64,000 nucleotides of DNA. Source: Deltaproteobacteria bacterium. Its GTDB lineage: Bacteria > Desulfobacterota > Binatia > Binatales > Binataceae. The stretch covers positions 31,888 through 95,887 of the forward strand of contig JAJXYF010000014.1 of assembly GCA_021780755.1 (NCBI GenBank), read 5' to 3'. Positions within the stretch are counted from its first letter, which is position 1. Every line of letters starts with the position of its first letter. The notes under the pieces are model-generated. The model had not been told where the DNA came from. It saw only the letters and a list, made by a program, of their open reading frames with translations, and did no database searches. A program made the translations under genes and the position numbers. Below are positions 47,235 to 56,850 of this stretch, in pieces.

Positions 47235-49283
47235 TTACGGTCTCACTCTGAAAGTGAACATGCCGGTGAGATCGCCGATCGCGGGGCTGTTAGTCGGGAA
47301 ATAGGGCGCCGCCGGCAGGCTTGCGGGGTTAGGCAGATTGTCGCGGCTGCGTTTGGAGAGGGGCTTGAGCCTCCAGTTGCGCTCGATGAATTTGATGATC
47401 GAAGCGTGATCCGAGTAGGTGTGATCGACATAACCGAACCTGGCAAACCGCGACACCGCGATCATCACGGTGCGCGGGCCGTCGCCGAAGAAGTCGATCG
47501 GCTGGATGTAGCCCGAATCGTACTCTCCGCCGGATTCGTCGAAGGTGATCAGTATCGCGGTATCCTTCCACAGTTTCGGATTGGCCTGAACCGCGTCGAT
47601 GATCCGCTGAGTGAAAGCCTCGAAGAGCGGCGGGGTCGAGGTGCCGGGGTGGCTGTCGAGCAGGAAGTCAGGCTTGACGAAGGAGACCGCAGGAAGCTTG
47701 CTACTGTTGACGTCGCTGAAGAACACGTCGAGATCGACCAGATTGTTCTTGAGCGGTCCGGTCATGATCGAACGCGAGAACTGAAAGGGATTGCAGATCG
47801 CGCAGTAGAGTTCGCTGGCCAGCGGCGGGTCGGCGGCGGAATTCATCCCCTCGCCGTAGTATTTCCACGAGACTCGCCGGGCGGAGAGGGCGTCGCCGAT
47901 GGTGGGCACGGTTTGCGGCCCGATCGCGAACGCGGGTCCGTTGGGAAATTCGTAGCTCTGCTGGATCGGATTACCCAGATGGTCGTAGCTCGGATACTCA
48001 TTGTCCACCTGGTAGTAGTTCCCGGCAGCGCAATTGCCGTTGTTGAAGGGCAGATAGGGAAGAGCGCTGAGATAGCCGGTGATCGCCGCCACCCCGGGTT
48101 GAGTCGTATCCGAGCAGTTAACGAATCCTCCTAGGCTGGTGCTGCCAAGGTCGCCCTGGGCGGGACTGTCATTGGTGTAGAAGTTGTTGCTGCCCGCTTG
48201 TGGATCGGGATTTTCGATCAGATTGGCGGCCGGGGTCGCCGGATTGCCGTTGCTGTCGGTGAAGTAATAGAGGTCCGCGGTGCCGATCGCCTGCGAATTT
48301 GGCCCGGTCCCGCCCATCACGAACTGATGATAGTTGTCGTTAATCGCGTAGCTCGCGGCGAGCGAGCGAAAATAGGGATAGTCGCCCGAGGCCATGTTGT
48401 AGAAGCCCATCGCGATGCCACCCTGGAAGGTGCCCTGGTCGTCGGTCGGCGGAAGACCGTCCTTGGTAATCTGCCATCCGACGGTGGTCGCCACCCAGGC
48501 ATAGAGGTCATGAGCGCAGCCGGAGGGATTGGCGCCGGAGATATTGGCGATGCCGCAGTCGTTCTGCTGCCACATCTGGAAGAACCGATGCGCCGGGTCG
48601 CCGGTATTGTCGGTGTAGAGGGTCGGAGTTATCGACGACTTGAAGGTGGGAGTTGGACAGGAGTTGAGCTGCGACGCATCGACGATGGAATAGGGTCCGT
48701 TCGGCAGAGAGGACGGGTAGCGGCAATCGGGAACCGGATAGATGGGGAGCCCGAGGGGGAGGCCATAAAACGATTGTCCGGTACCGCCGGTCGATAACAG
48801 GCTCTGCGCGGCGGGTTCGAGCCCGTTGTCACTGCAAAACAGAATTCCCGCCGGGTCCTTGTCGAAATCCAGCAGCACGGTTGACAGATCGCAGGGCGAC
48901 GCCGGCAGCGCGTTGAGAGTGGTGCTCGGCTGCGGGAGCAGTGAGAAGGGGCCGGTTTGCGTGGGACTTAGCTGATAGCTCGTCAGATCGCTCGCCTGGT
49001 TCTGAAGCGCGAGAGCGGAATTGGGACCGGGCAGACCGGCCTGGTTAACGATCCCCTGCGAGAGCAGATTCCATACGTGCTGGCCGGGATCGGGAGGGAC
49101 GTAGGTCGCGAAGACGTTATCGAAGCTTCGATTCTCGCCAATTACTACGATCAGATGCTTGATCGGGGTGCGAGTCCGCCGGGAATTTCCGATCCCCGCG
49201 GCATGCCCTCGGTTGGCGGCAATCACGACGCACACTATTGCGAGCACGGCCGATCGCGACACACGAATCGCCCTCTCCATCAT
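47235..49283 (-). CDS. phosphoesterase-family protein (phospholipase C PlcN / acid phosphatase AcpA-like), secreted
   Basis: IKHLIVVIGENRSFDNVFATY motif of PF04185-type phosphoesterases. ATG 49283 with GGGAGGTGG SD and a hydrophobic signal-like N-terminus; the upstream extension is rejected. Confidence 0.75.
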   Translation of the reverse strand: MMERAIRVSRSAVLAIVCVVIAANRGHAAGIGNSRRTRTPIKHLIVVIGENRSFDNVFATYVPPDPGQHVWNLLSQGIVNQAGLPGPNSALALQNQASDLTSYQLSPTQTGPFSLLPQPSTTLNALPASPCDLSTVLLDFDKDPAGILFCSDNGLEPAAQSLLSTGGTGQSFYGLPLGLPIYPVPDCRYPSSLPNGPYSIVDASQLNSCPTPTFKSSITPTLYTDNTGDPAHRFFQMWQQNDCGIANISGANPSGCAHDLYAWVATTVGWQITKDGLPPTDDQGTFQGGIAMGFYNMASGDYPYFRSLAASYAINDNYHQFVMGGTGPNSQAIGTADLYYFTDSNGNPATPAANLIENPDPQAGSNNFYTNDSPAQGDLGSTSLGGFVNCSDTTQPGVAAITGYLSALPYLPFNNGNCAAGNYYQVDNEYPSYDHLGNPIQQSYEFPNGPAFAIGPQTVPTIGDALSARRVSWKYYGEGMNSAADPPLASELYCAICNPFQFSRSIMTGPLKNNLVDLDVFFSDVNSSKLPAVSFVKPDFLLDSHPGTSTPPLFEAFTQRIIDAVQANPKLWKDTAILITFDESGGEYDSGYIQPIDFFGDGPRTVMIAVSRFARFGYVDHTYSDHASIIKFIERNWRLKPLSKRSRDNLPNPASLPAAPYFPTNSPAIGDLTGMFTFRVRP

Positions 49284-49350
49284 CCACCACCTCCCGTTGC
49301 AGGCCGAAACTGGACGGGCGGCGGCCGGACCGCCGCCCGCATATTTTGTG

Positions 49351-50061
49351 CTAGCCCTTCTTGCCGCCCTCTTTGGCGCCGGCCGCTGGCTTGCCGCCTT
49401 CGGCGGCCTTCTCGCCCGCCCCCGGAGCGGCGCCCTCGGCCGCCGCACCTTCGGCGGCGGCACCCTCGGCCGCTGCCGCGGCCGGAGCCGCGACTTCGGC
49501 GACCGTCGGCGGCATCACGGTGACGACCGGATAGTCGGTATCGAAGATCGGCCGGATGTTCGCCGGGAACTGCAGGGTGGAGACGTGCAGTACGTCGTGA
49601 ATCTTGAGCGGGGTGACGTCCACCTCGATCGATTCGGGGATTTCGAGCGGCAGACATTCGATTTCGACCTGGCGCTCGAGCGGCGACAGGATACCGCCAT
49701 CGGCGATGCCGGCCGCACGTCCGATGAAGCGAAACGGCACCGGCACGCGCAGCGGCTTGGTCAGATCGACTTCGTAGAAATCCGCATGGACGATATCGCC
49801 GGAGACCGGCAGTTTCTGGATGTCCTTGAGGATGACGTGCTTGTCGTTCAAGTCCGGGGAGTCCGACTTGAGGCGCATGATGCGCTGGCGCGACGCGGTC
49901 GAGACCCGCGCCTTGAGTTCGGCGCCGCCGACCGCGATCGCGACCGCCGATCCATGGTTGCCGTACATAACGGCGGGCACGCGGCCCTCGCGGCGAATCC
50001 GGTTCACCAGCCCCTTGGGGCGAACGTCTCTTTTTTCACAAGCCAGATCTACGGTTTCCAT
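49351..50061 (-). CDS. rplY: 50S ribosomal protein L25 / general stress protein Ctc
   Basis: L25 N-terminal and Ctc C-terminal domains. Ala/Glu/Gly-rich tail (AEGAA repeats). Confidence 0.85.
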   Translation of the reverse strand: METVDLACEKRDVRPKGLVNRIRREGRVPAVMYGNHGSAVAIAVGGAELKARVSTASRQRIMRLKSDSPDLNDKHVILKDIQKLPVSGDIVHADFYEVDLTKPLRVPVPFRFIGRAAGIADGGILSPLERQVEIECLPLEIPESIEVDVTPLKIHDVLHVSTLQFPANIRPIFDTDYPVVTVMPPTVAEVAAPAAAAAEGAAAEGAAAEGAAPGAGEKAAEGGKPAAGAKEGGKKG

Positions 50062-50097
50062 TGAATCCTCTTTAATCGGTATGGCCGCGCGCGCCGC

Positions 50098-51057
50098 TCA
50101 ACTGAACAGCGAGCTGACCGACTCTTCATTATGAATGCGGCGAATGGCTTCCGCTATAAGGCTGGCGACCGAGAGCACCTTCAAATTCGAGAGCTCGGCC
50201 TGGGCTTTGGCCTTGAGCGGGATACTGTTGGTAGTGACCAGTTCCTTGATCACTGACTTGCCGATCCGCTCGCAGGCCGGGTCGGACAGTATCGGATGGG
50301 TCGCGCAGGCGATCACTTCGGTGGCGCCGGCGGCCATGATCACCTTGGCGGCCTCGGTGATCGTACCGGCGGTATCGATCATGTCGTCGATCAGGAGGGC
50401 GACCGAATCGCGGACCTCGCCGACCAGGTTCATCTCGGCGACCTCGCTGGCGCGCTGGCGGCGCTTGTCGATAATCGCGAGGTTGGCGTTGAGCCGGCGG
50501 GCAAAGGCGCGTGCCCGTTCGACGCCGCCGGCGTCGGGCGCGACGACGGAGACTTTCTTGTTGTCGATCTGGCGGCGCAGGTACTGCACCAGCACCGGCA
50601 TCGCGTAGAGGTTGTCCACCGGGATATTGAAGAAGCCCTGGATTTGCCCGGCATGCAGATCGACCGTTAGCACCCGTGAGGCACCGGCAGTAGTGATCAG
50701 GTCGGCGACCAGCTTGGCGCTGATCGGCACGCGCGGCGCGACCTTGCGATCCTGGCGGGAGTAGCCGAAATAGGGGATGACGGCGGTGATCCGTTTGGCC
50801 GAGGCGCGCCGGAGCGCGTCCATCAGCAGCAGCAACTCCATCAGGTTGTCGTTAGGCGGCGAGCAGGTGGACTGGAGCACGAAGCAATCGCCGCCGCGGA
50901 CGTTCTGGCGGACTTCGACCATCACTTCGCCGTCGGGGAAGCGGCCGACCTCGGCCTCTCCGAGTTCGACGTGCAGATGTTCACAGACCTCGCGGGCCAG
51001 CGCCGGGTTTGAATTGCCCGTAAAGATTTCCAGCTCGTCCTTGGCCCGTTCAGACAT
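50098..51057 (-). CDS. prs: ribose-phosphate pyrophosphokinase
   Basis: PRPP synthetase signature ([15 protein letters not shown]-binding loop [10 protein letters not shown]). Confidence 0.9.
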   Translation of the reverse strand: MSERAKDELEIFTGNSNPALAREVCEHLHVELGEAEVGRFPDGEVMVEVRQNVRGGDCFVLQSTCSPPNDNLMELLLLMDALRRASAKRITAVIPYFGYSRQDRKVAPRVPISAKLVADLITTAGASRVLTVDLHAGQIQGFFNIPVDNLYAMPVLVQYLRRQIDNKKVSVVAPDAGGVERARAFARRLNANLAIIDKRRQRASEVAEMNLVGEVRDSVALLIDDMIDTAGTITEAAKVIMAAGATEVIACATHPILSDPACERIGKSVIKELVTTNSIPLKAKAQAELSNLKVLSVASLIAEAIRRIHNEESVSSLFS

Positions 51058-51170
51058 CTCTTTTGCTTACCTCGATTAGTCCGCGCCGGCGATGGTCGCA
51101 CGGCGTCAACCCGCAGTCGTATCGTTGCGCATCGGCGGCAATTCAGCGGCCCAAATCCGGCGCCGCATAA

Positions 51171-51246
51171 TGGCTGGGCGGGAAGGATTCGAACCTTCGA
51201 ATGCCAGGTCCAAAGCCTGGTGCCTTACCAGCTTGGCGACCGCCCA
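51171..51246 (-). tRNA. tRNA-Gln (anticodon TTG)
   Basis: 76-nt cloverleaf TGGGCGGTCGCCAAGCTGGTAAGGCACCAGGCTTTGGACCTGGCATTCGAAGGTTCGAATCCTTCCCGCCCAGCCA. 7-bp acceptor stem, anticodon loop CTTTGGA, encoded CCA. Very close to E. coli tRNA-Gln(UUG) as recalled. Confidence 0.85.
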
Positions 51247-51282
51247 GCAAAACCGCGTACGGTTCCGGAACTCGTCATCCAG

Positions 51283-51318
51283 AGGGCGTCCCCGTAACGC
51301 AAAGGGCGTCCTGTAACG
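51283..51318. repeat. tandem imperfect 16-17-nt direct repeat (AGGGCGTCCCCGTAACG / AGGGCGTCCTGTAACG), period 20
   Basis: Read directly from the sequence, 37-72 bp upstream of the tRNA-Gln 5-prime end. Confidence 0.5.
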
Positions 51319-51630
51319 GCCCGGCGAAACGCGCCGAGTTCCAAGCGCGATCGATCCGCCAGAAGGCAAACGAGCCCCGAAGACTCGCGCGGCGGACGAC
51401 GCGAATATCGTAACACAGATCGGCGATCGACTCGCTCGGCTTGTGATGGAGACGACGATTGGGCGCAGCGGCCTCACCTGATCTCCAACGCCGGTGCGGC
51501 TGCCGGGATTACCGCATCGCGATGTTATTTATGGCTCATTTCGGTGTCAATCTGAACCGCAATCAACGATTAACCCGACGGTCATATTAGGGTTGCTGAC
51601 GGAGCGAACTATCGTCCGATGATAGTTGGC

Positions 51631-53061
51631 TTAAGAGGTGGTCAAGATTCGGTAGTCGGTGATTTTTGGAACCATTGATCCGATTTCTTCAGGAGAAAAG
51701 CCGATTTCGCGCAGCAAACAACCCTGAATTATCAAACGAAGTAGCGAGGTAGCGCGAAACAGCTCGCGCCCGGTGAAGACGTCCGGGTTGTTATTATGGG
51801 CGTGCACGATCCCGCGATTGCGCGTCGCCACTGCACGTCTGATAAAAGTGTCCTCAACTAACGTACGAATGATTTCGGGCTGTTCATCATACAAATCTTG
51901 GAGACGACGACGCGCACTAGGCTCGTTACCGAGAATCTTCTCGTTGGCCCATTCGAACACTTCGGGATCTGTCTTGACAGATGACAGAAGCAACTCTCGT
52001 CGGCGCTTATATTCAGCGGGGTTCAATTGCTCGTTGCTATGTGTTGCCCGGTGATAGGCTTCACAAGCTACAAATGCACTGAAAAATCTAAATTCCAAGG
52101 GAACATCAGAGTCTAGTGGACCAGTGGAGAAGTGAAAGTCGAGCGTCGCAGGATATCGGTCACGGCCCTCCTGCCAACTGTTCATACGAGATGGGAGGGT
52201 AGCTCCCAGACCCATTGCAGAGAAGAGCATATTGGCCGGGTGTTTTCGATCGGGCAGCGGCACAGCCTTCTTTTGCGTAAACAGTATAGGCACGGGTACA
52301 GGCCAACTTTCGCCATTTGGCAAAAGTTGAACGAACCGCTTACTGGTGCCGATTAATGATGTCATTGGAACGCGAGAACTGGTTGCTAGTTGCAGGAAAT
52401 ATTGGAGCGATCTTACGGGACCATTCAGGAATTTATCGAGTGTTTGCACGTTAGGGGTCTTGAATCTAACTATGCTTTTCACCCTTACACCTGCGCTCGG
52501 TGGCATAACGCTGTGATTCCAAAGTCCATTAGACTCAGCAGATGCTTCGAACGAACCAATGCGGAACTTCAGAGGTGGCAGTTGCTGATAACGAATGCTG
52601 CTCTGATAAGGAGGCTCTGTCGAGGTGTCATGAACTATTCCGCTAGGGCCGATCCACTCCTCGAGATTAAACATTCCAACTTCGAGTTCATGGAAGGTGA
52701 CGGCGTCCGATGCCGGCAAATGTTCACCAAGCACCATCCAGTGGCTCTTGTATTGCGAGGTTTTTTCGCCCGATCCACTGAGCGAGGATTCGACCTCTAG
52801 AGAGCCAAAAAGAGACATTCCGTGGCCTTGTACCGTTCGCCCCCAGATTACCGTGTGATCCCCCAGCTTTGCTCGACGTGCACGCAAAGGATCTAACGTG
52901 CCAACGAGTTCTAAGTTGATCCCGTCCGTGGGAGAAAACATCAATCGACCCGGTATCGGCTCGCTGTCTTCCGTCCACCAGCGTCCCAGACATTCCCAGC
53001 TCTCGATCATGCTGAGTTGTGGAGGTGCGCCCTGGATCCCCGGTGCCTTGTCTTTAATCAC
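51631..53061 (-). CDS. hypothetical protein with C-terminal HEPN-like Rx4-6H motif (RNRGIVH); candidate ApeA-like abortive-infection/defence protein
   Basis: 476-aa ORF in a roughly 50% GC segment inserted between ispE and tRNA-Gln-prs. GTG start 53061, or ATG at codon 18; no obvious SD. Confidence 0.5.
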   Translation of the reverse strand: MIKDKAPGIQGAPPQLSMIESWECLGRWWTEDSEPIPGRLMFSPTDGINLELVGTLDPLRARRAKLGDHTVIWGRTVQGHGMSLFGSLEVESSLSGSGEKTSQYKSHWMVLGEHLPASDAVTFHELEVGMFNLEEWIGPSGIVHDTSTEPPYQSSIRYQQLPPLKFRIGSFEASAESNGLWNHSVMPPSAGVRVKSIVRFKTPNVQTLDKFLNGPVRSLQYFLQLATSSRVPMTSLIGTSKRFVQLLPNGESWPVPVPILFTQKKAVPLPDRKHPANMLFSAMGLGATLPSRMNSWQEGRDRYPATLDFHFSTGPLDSDVPLEFRFFSAFVACEAYHRATHSNEQLNPAEYKRRRELLLSSVKTDPEVFEWANEKILGNEPSARRRLQDLYDEQPEIIRTLVEDTFIRRAVATRNRGIVHAHNNNPDVFTGRELFRATSLLRLIIQGCLLREIGFSPEEIGSMVPKITDYRILTTS

Positions 53062-53231
53062 GTCGCGTGAAGCTCATAAGCGCTCGTCAAATATGGCTTG
53101 AAAGAGGCAGAATCGGTTCCTACCTTCTCGCGAACGCAGTGACGAGCGGCGATCCGAACATTTGCTGATCTCTGACGACCAAAGAGGGCTTAATTATATC
53201 GGTATAGCTGAACCGGATCGAACCGTTCGCC

Positions 53232-54107
53232 TCACCCGGCGTGGAAGATCGTGCAGGCGACGGCGGTGAGGGCGGGGTCACGGCGGCGAATTTCGGTGGC
53301 GGCACGTTCGGCGGCGGCGGGCGACTCGAAGATACCGAAGACACCGGCGCCGCTACCGGTCATCGCGGCGGCGCGCGCGCCAAGCTCTTCCAACTGACGC
53401 TTGGTGTGGGCGATCGCGGGCCATTGCGCCATCGCGACGCGGGCGAGGTCGTTGACGAAGAGATGAGGGGCGCCGGCGCCGGTCATAATCGCGCGCACGT
53501 CGGCGGCGGGCGCGGGGCCGCTCCAATGGTTGGGCTTTAAGGCGCGAAAGACGGCGGCGGTAGGGACCTGGAGCGGCGGGACGACGACTACCAGCGCAAG
53601 CTGCGGCAGGTCGCCAAGCGGCGCGATCCGCTCGCCGATGCCGGTCACCCGCGCCGGGACCGGATTAAGAAAGAAGGGCACGTCGGCACCGATTTTGAGC
53701 GCGAGCTGAGCGAGCCGCGCGGGTGCGTCAGCAGATTCGCGCCGGAACAGCGCGGCCATCATGAGCAGGACCGCCGCCGCGTCGCTTGAGCCGCCGCCGA
53801 GGCCGGCGCCGGCGGGAATCGCCTTGCGCAGATCGATCAGGACATCGGCGCTGAGCGTGAATTCGGCCATGAAGTCGAGGGCGGCGCGCACCGCGAGATT
53901 ACGGCGGTCGGTCGGCAGGTCGCCGAAGTTGCCGTGGATCATGACGCGCCGCTCAGGCGAGGTCCGCGCTTCGATCGAAATACGGTCACCGAGCGTGATC
54001 GGGACGAAGATCGAATCGAGTTCGTGGTAGCCATCGGGGCGCCGGCCGGTGACGCGTAGAAAGAGATTCAGCTTCGCCGGGGCGAAGGCGCTGCACAGCT
54101 TGACCAT
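53232..54107 (-). CDS. ispE: 4-diphosphocytidyl-2-C-methyl-D-erythritol kinase
   Basis: GHMP kinase motifs (PAKLNLFL, GAGLGGGSSDAA). Confidence 0.85.
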   Translation of the reverse strand: MVKLCSAFAPAKLNLFLRVTGRRPDGYHELDSIFVPITLGDRISIEARTSPERRVMIHGNFGDLPTDRRNLAVRAALDFMAEFTLSADVLIDLRKAIPAGAGLGGGSSDAAAVLLMMAALFRRESADAPARLAQLALKIGADVPFFLNPVPARVTGIGERIAPLGDLPQLALVVVVPPLQVPTAAVFRALKPNHWSGPAPAADVRAIMTGAGAPHLFVNDLARVAMAQWPAIAHTKRQLEELGARAAAMTGSGAGVFGIFESPAAAERAATEIRRRDPALTAVACTIFHAG

Positions 54108-54139
54108 CGGAGGGCCCGCGCGGACGGGAAGTGCGGCGG

Positions 54140-54538
54140 TCAGCGCGGGAACGGCTGCGATCGCACGGGGACGCGGCGTAGCGTGCGACGGGCATCGCGG
54201 CGAATCACGCTGAGGAATCCGAACAACATCACGATGAGGCCGGTTACGGCGAGGACCTGACCGGTGAGAAAGGTCGCGTGATAGAAGTCCATCCGCGCGC
54301 GGGTATAAGAGAGTTCGCGTTCGGGCGAGGTGAAGGGCTTGAGGACGTCGCCGGAGCCGGTATCAAGTTCGTCGAAGCCGCGCGCGGTAGAGTCGGGATG
54401 GGTGCGGGCTTCGCTCGCGATAAGTTGGCCGTAGAATTGGGTTTTTTGCCAGCCGACGATCCAGTTGCCCGCTCCCAGCAGCATCAGGGCGAAACCAAAC
54501 ATGATGCGCCAGTCACGATAGACATCAGGAATTTTCAT
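54140..54538 (-). CDS. hypothetical 2-TM membrane protein
   Basis: 132-aa ORF directly upstream of ispE on the same strand, with two hydrophobic helices. Confidence 0.45.
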   Translation of the reverse strand: MKIPDVYRDWRIMFGFALMLLGAGNWIVGWQKTQFYGQLIASEARTHPDSTARGFDELDTGSGDVLKPFTSPERELSYTRARMDFYHATFLTGQVLAVTGLIVMLFGFLSVIRRDARRTLRRVPVRSQPFPR

Positions 54539-54958
54539 AAATCGTTAACGTGGAGGATACGTTTCGGCGGGCCTCAATACAACGCCGGTCAGGGTAGTTG
54601 TGCACAGGAAGATAGGGGTGGCGGGACGGATGAAGATCGTTGCCCGAGGAGCGAGCCGGCGGATATCATTGGGCGACGGCCGATGGAGAGAAGACTCGCG
54701 AAACCTTTAAAAAGGTTTCGCGCAGCCCAACAGTGTTGAGCGGACTTTCAGGACTGCGCTTCCCACGGTGAACGGACTTGGCCGGGGTTTGCGTGCGGCT
54801 GCGTTGAGCCTCGGTCGGCGCGCAAGCGGTAGGGGTTGGGCGACAACTTAAAGCGGATGGCGGAGCGCGCCGCGCATCTGTTTCATGGACCGCAATACAC
54901 ATAGAATAGACCTAGCTCTGCAGGCGCCGAAGGCGGCGCGATTGACTGAACATATCCG

Positions 54959-55957
54959 ATGGCTTCGAAACTTGATTCCCTGCTTGACCGCTTTGCCAAA
55001 CAAGACCGGCTGGCACTGGCCCGGCTGATAACGCGGGTCGAGAACCGATCGGCCGAAGTCAGCACCGTGATGGAGCGTATATACGGGCGGACAGGTCATG
55101 CTTACATTATTGGAGTGACGGGGGCGCCGGGAGCCGGCAAGTCAACGCTGGTCAACCAGTTGGTGGTCAAGTATCGCGCGCAGAACAAGCTGGTGGCGGT
55201 GCTGGCGATCGATCCGTCGAGTCCGTTTTCGGGCGGGGCGGTGCTGGGCGACCGCGTGCGCATGACCGACCATTACCGCGACCCCGGCGTTTATATCAGG
55301 AGCCTCTCGACCCGCGGGCATCATGGCGGGCTGAGCCGGGCGGCGCGCGAGATCGTGAAGCTGCTCGACGCGTTCGGCCACGACATAATCATTATAGAGA
55401 CGGTCGGGGTGGGGCAGACTGAGCTCAGCGTGATGGACCTGGCCGACACCACAGTGGTAGTGACGGTGCCGGAGGGCGGCGACGGCGTGCAGGTGATGAA
55501 GGCGGGGCTGAACGAAATCGCCGACCTGTTTGTGGTCAACAAGGCGGACCGCGACGGAGCGGACCGGATCAAGGCGGAGCTGGAGCTGAGCGTGCATCTG
55601 CGGCCGGCGGTGGGATGGCGTCCGCTGGTGCTGATGACGCAGGCCTCCAACGATATCGGAATCGACGCGCTGGTGCAGGCGATCGGACGCCATGGCGATT
55701 ATCAACGGGAACATCATGATCCGGCGCGCGATGGCGAGCGGCGCACGCGTGAATTTATCGAGGTGCTGACGTCGGAGCTCGAGGAGCGGACCGAGCGGGC
55801 GCTGAAGAACGGAGCGGGCGGCAGCGCCGAGCGGGTGCTGGGCGAGATTCGGGAGGGCAGCCTCAATCCCTACAGCGCGACGCGCCGGATTATCGAAGAC
55901 CACGCCGCGATCGCGCGGTTGCTGGACGAGGGCGGCCCGAAGGCGGTCCGGGAATAG
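54959..55957 (+). CDS. meaB: methylmalonyl-CoA mutase-associated GTPase MeaB (ArgK)
   Basis: P-loop GVTGAPGAGKST, MeaB/ArgK core (DPSSPFSGGAVLGDRVRM, NKAD). Confidence 0.85.
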   Translation: MASKLDSLLDRFAKQDRLALARLITRVENRSAEVSTVMERIYGRTGHAYIIGVTGAPGAGKSTLVNQLVVKYRAQNKLVAVLAIDPSSPFSGGAVLGDRVRMTDHYRDPGVYIRSLSTRGHHGGLSRAAREIVKLLDAFGHDIIIIETVGVGQTELSVMDLADTTVVVTVPEGGDGVQVMKAGLNEIADLFVVNKADRDGADRIKAELELSVHLRPAVGWRPLVLMTQASNDIGIDALVQAIGRHGDYQREHHDPARDGERRTREFIEVLTSELEERTERALKNGAGGSAERVLGEIREGSLNPYSATRRIIEDHAAIARLLDEGGPKAVRE

Positions 55958-55977
55958 CGCCCGGGCGGGAGTAGTCA

Positions 55978-56700
55978 GTGGCGATACTTGGCAATAAAGC
56001 AAAGCCGGAGGGCCGGCTGTTCGCGATCGGGGACATCCACGGATGTCCGGACGAGCTTGGGGCAATCCTGAAGTCGATCGCGCCGGGGCCGACCGACACG
56101 GTGGTATTCGTGGGCGATTACGTGGATCGGGGACCGTCGGCGCGCGACGTGATCGAGCAGTTGATCGAATTGCAGCGGGGGCCGGCCGAGGTCGTGTTCC
56201 TGAAGGGGAACCACGAGGACATGATGTTGTCGTTTCTGGGCTTCCCCGGCCATTATGGCGAGTCGTTTCTGTTCAACGGCGGTTCGCAGACGCTCGACAG
56301 CTACGGGGTTTCCGAGGACACGCTGGAGCATGCGATCAAGTTCCTGCCGGCGAATCATCTGGAATTCCTGCACGGGCTGGCCACCAGCTACCATCGTCCG
56401 CCGTATCTCTTTGTCCACGCCGGGATCATGCCGACGCGGCAGTTGGAGGAGCAGGCGGTCGAGGACATGCTCTGGATACGCCAGGAGTTCATCTTCAACG
56501 TCCATCAGATAGGCGCGACGGTAGTCTTCGGGCATACGCCGATGCGCGCGGTGATGGTCGATCTGCCGTACAAGCTGGGGATCGACACGGGCCTGGTGTA
56601 CGGGGGGCGGCTGACGTGCCTGGAGTTCAGCGAGGGTATCGCGTACCAGGTGGCGCGGGGCAGCCGGCAGGTCAAGACGGTGCCGGTGGACGTGCGCTGA
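55978..56700 (+). CDS. PPP-family metallophosphoesterase (Ser/Thr phosphatase / ApaH-like)
   Basis: GDIHGC, GDYVDRG, GNHE motifs. GTG start with GGGAG SD. Confidence 0.8.
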   Translation: MAILGNKAKPEGRLFAIGDIHGCPDELGAILKSIAPGPTDTVVFVGDYVDRGPSARDVIEQLIELQRGPAEVVFLKGNHEDMMLSFLGFPGHYGESFLFNGGSQTLDSYGVSEDTLEHAIKFLPANHLEFLHGLATSYHRPPYLFVHAGIMPTRQLEEQAVEDMLWIRQEFIFNVHQIGATVVFGHTPMRAVMVDLPYKLGIDTGLVYGGRLTCLEFSEGIAYQVARGSRQVKTVPVDVR

Positions 56701-56773
56701 GCGGTCCGGCGGGAGAGATTCGGGGCGGACTCTTCCGCAGGGGCATCGCGCCCGCTATTGTAATGCGCTTGAT

Positions 56774-56850
56774 GGCGGCGTAGCTCAGTTGGTTAGAGCA
56801 TGCGGCTCATATCCGCAGTGTCGTAGGTTCGACTCCTACCGCCGCCACCA
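56774..56850 (+). tRNA. tRNA-Met (anticodon CAT), elongator-like
   Basis: 77-nt cloverleaf GGCGGCGTAGCTCAGTTGGTTAGAGCATGCGGCTCATATCCGCAGTGTCGTAGGTTCGACTCCTACCGCCGCCACCA. D-arm and loop match the elongator tRNA-Met pattern; the anticodon stem is not the initiator type. tRNA-Ile2 (lysidine) cannot be fully excluded. Confidence 0.8.

Noticed and set aside
44704-47304. 866-aa ORF antisense to dnaE, plus similar antisense ORFs (616..1422, 2780..3547, 8368..9741, 9627..10790, 10869..12341, 34097..35275, 35659..37719)
   Set aside because: Each lies opposite a gene with unambiguous family signatures. They are GC-driven stop-codon deserts, not genes.
49381-49500. Short tandem nucleotide repeats (GCCGCCGAAGG-like) resembling a repeat array
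   Set aside because: They encode the Ala/Glu/Gly-rich low-complexity C-terminal tail (AAAEGAAAEGAAAEG) of ribosomal protein L25/Ctc. No spacer/repeat periodicity of CRISPR type.
51201-51416. Small ORFs (70 aa and 63 aa) overlapping tRNA-Gln and its upstream region
   Set aside because: They overlap a canonical tRNA cloverleaf and show no coding periodicity. Spurious.
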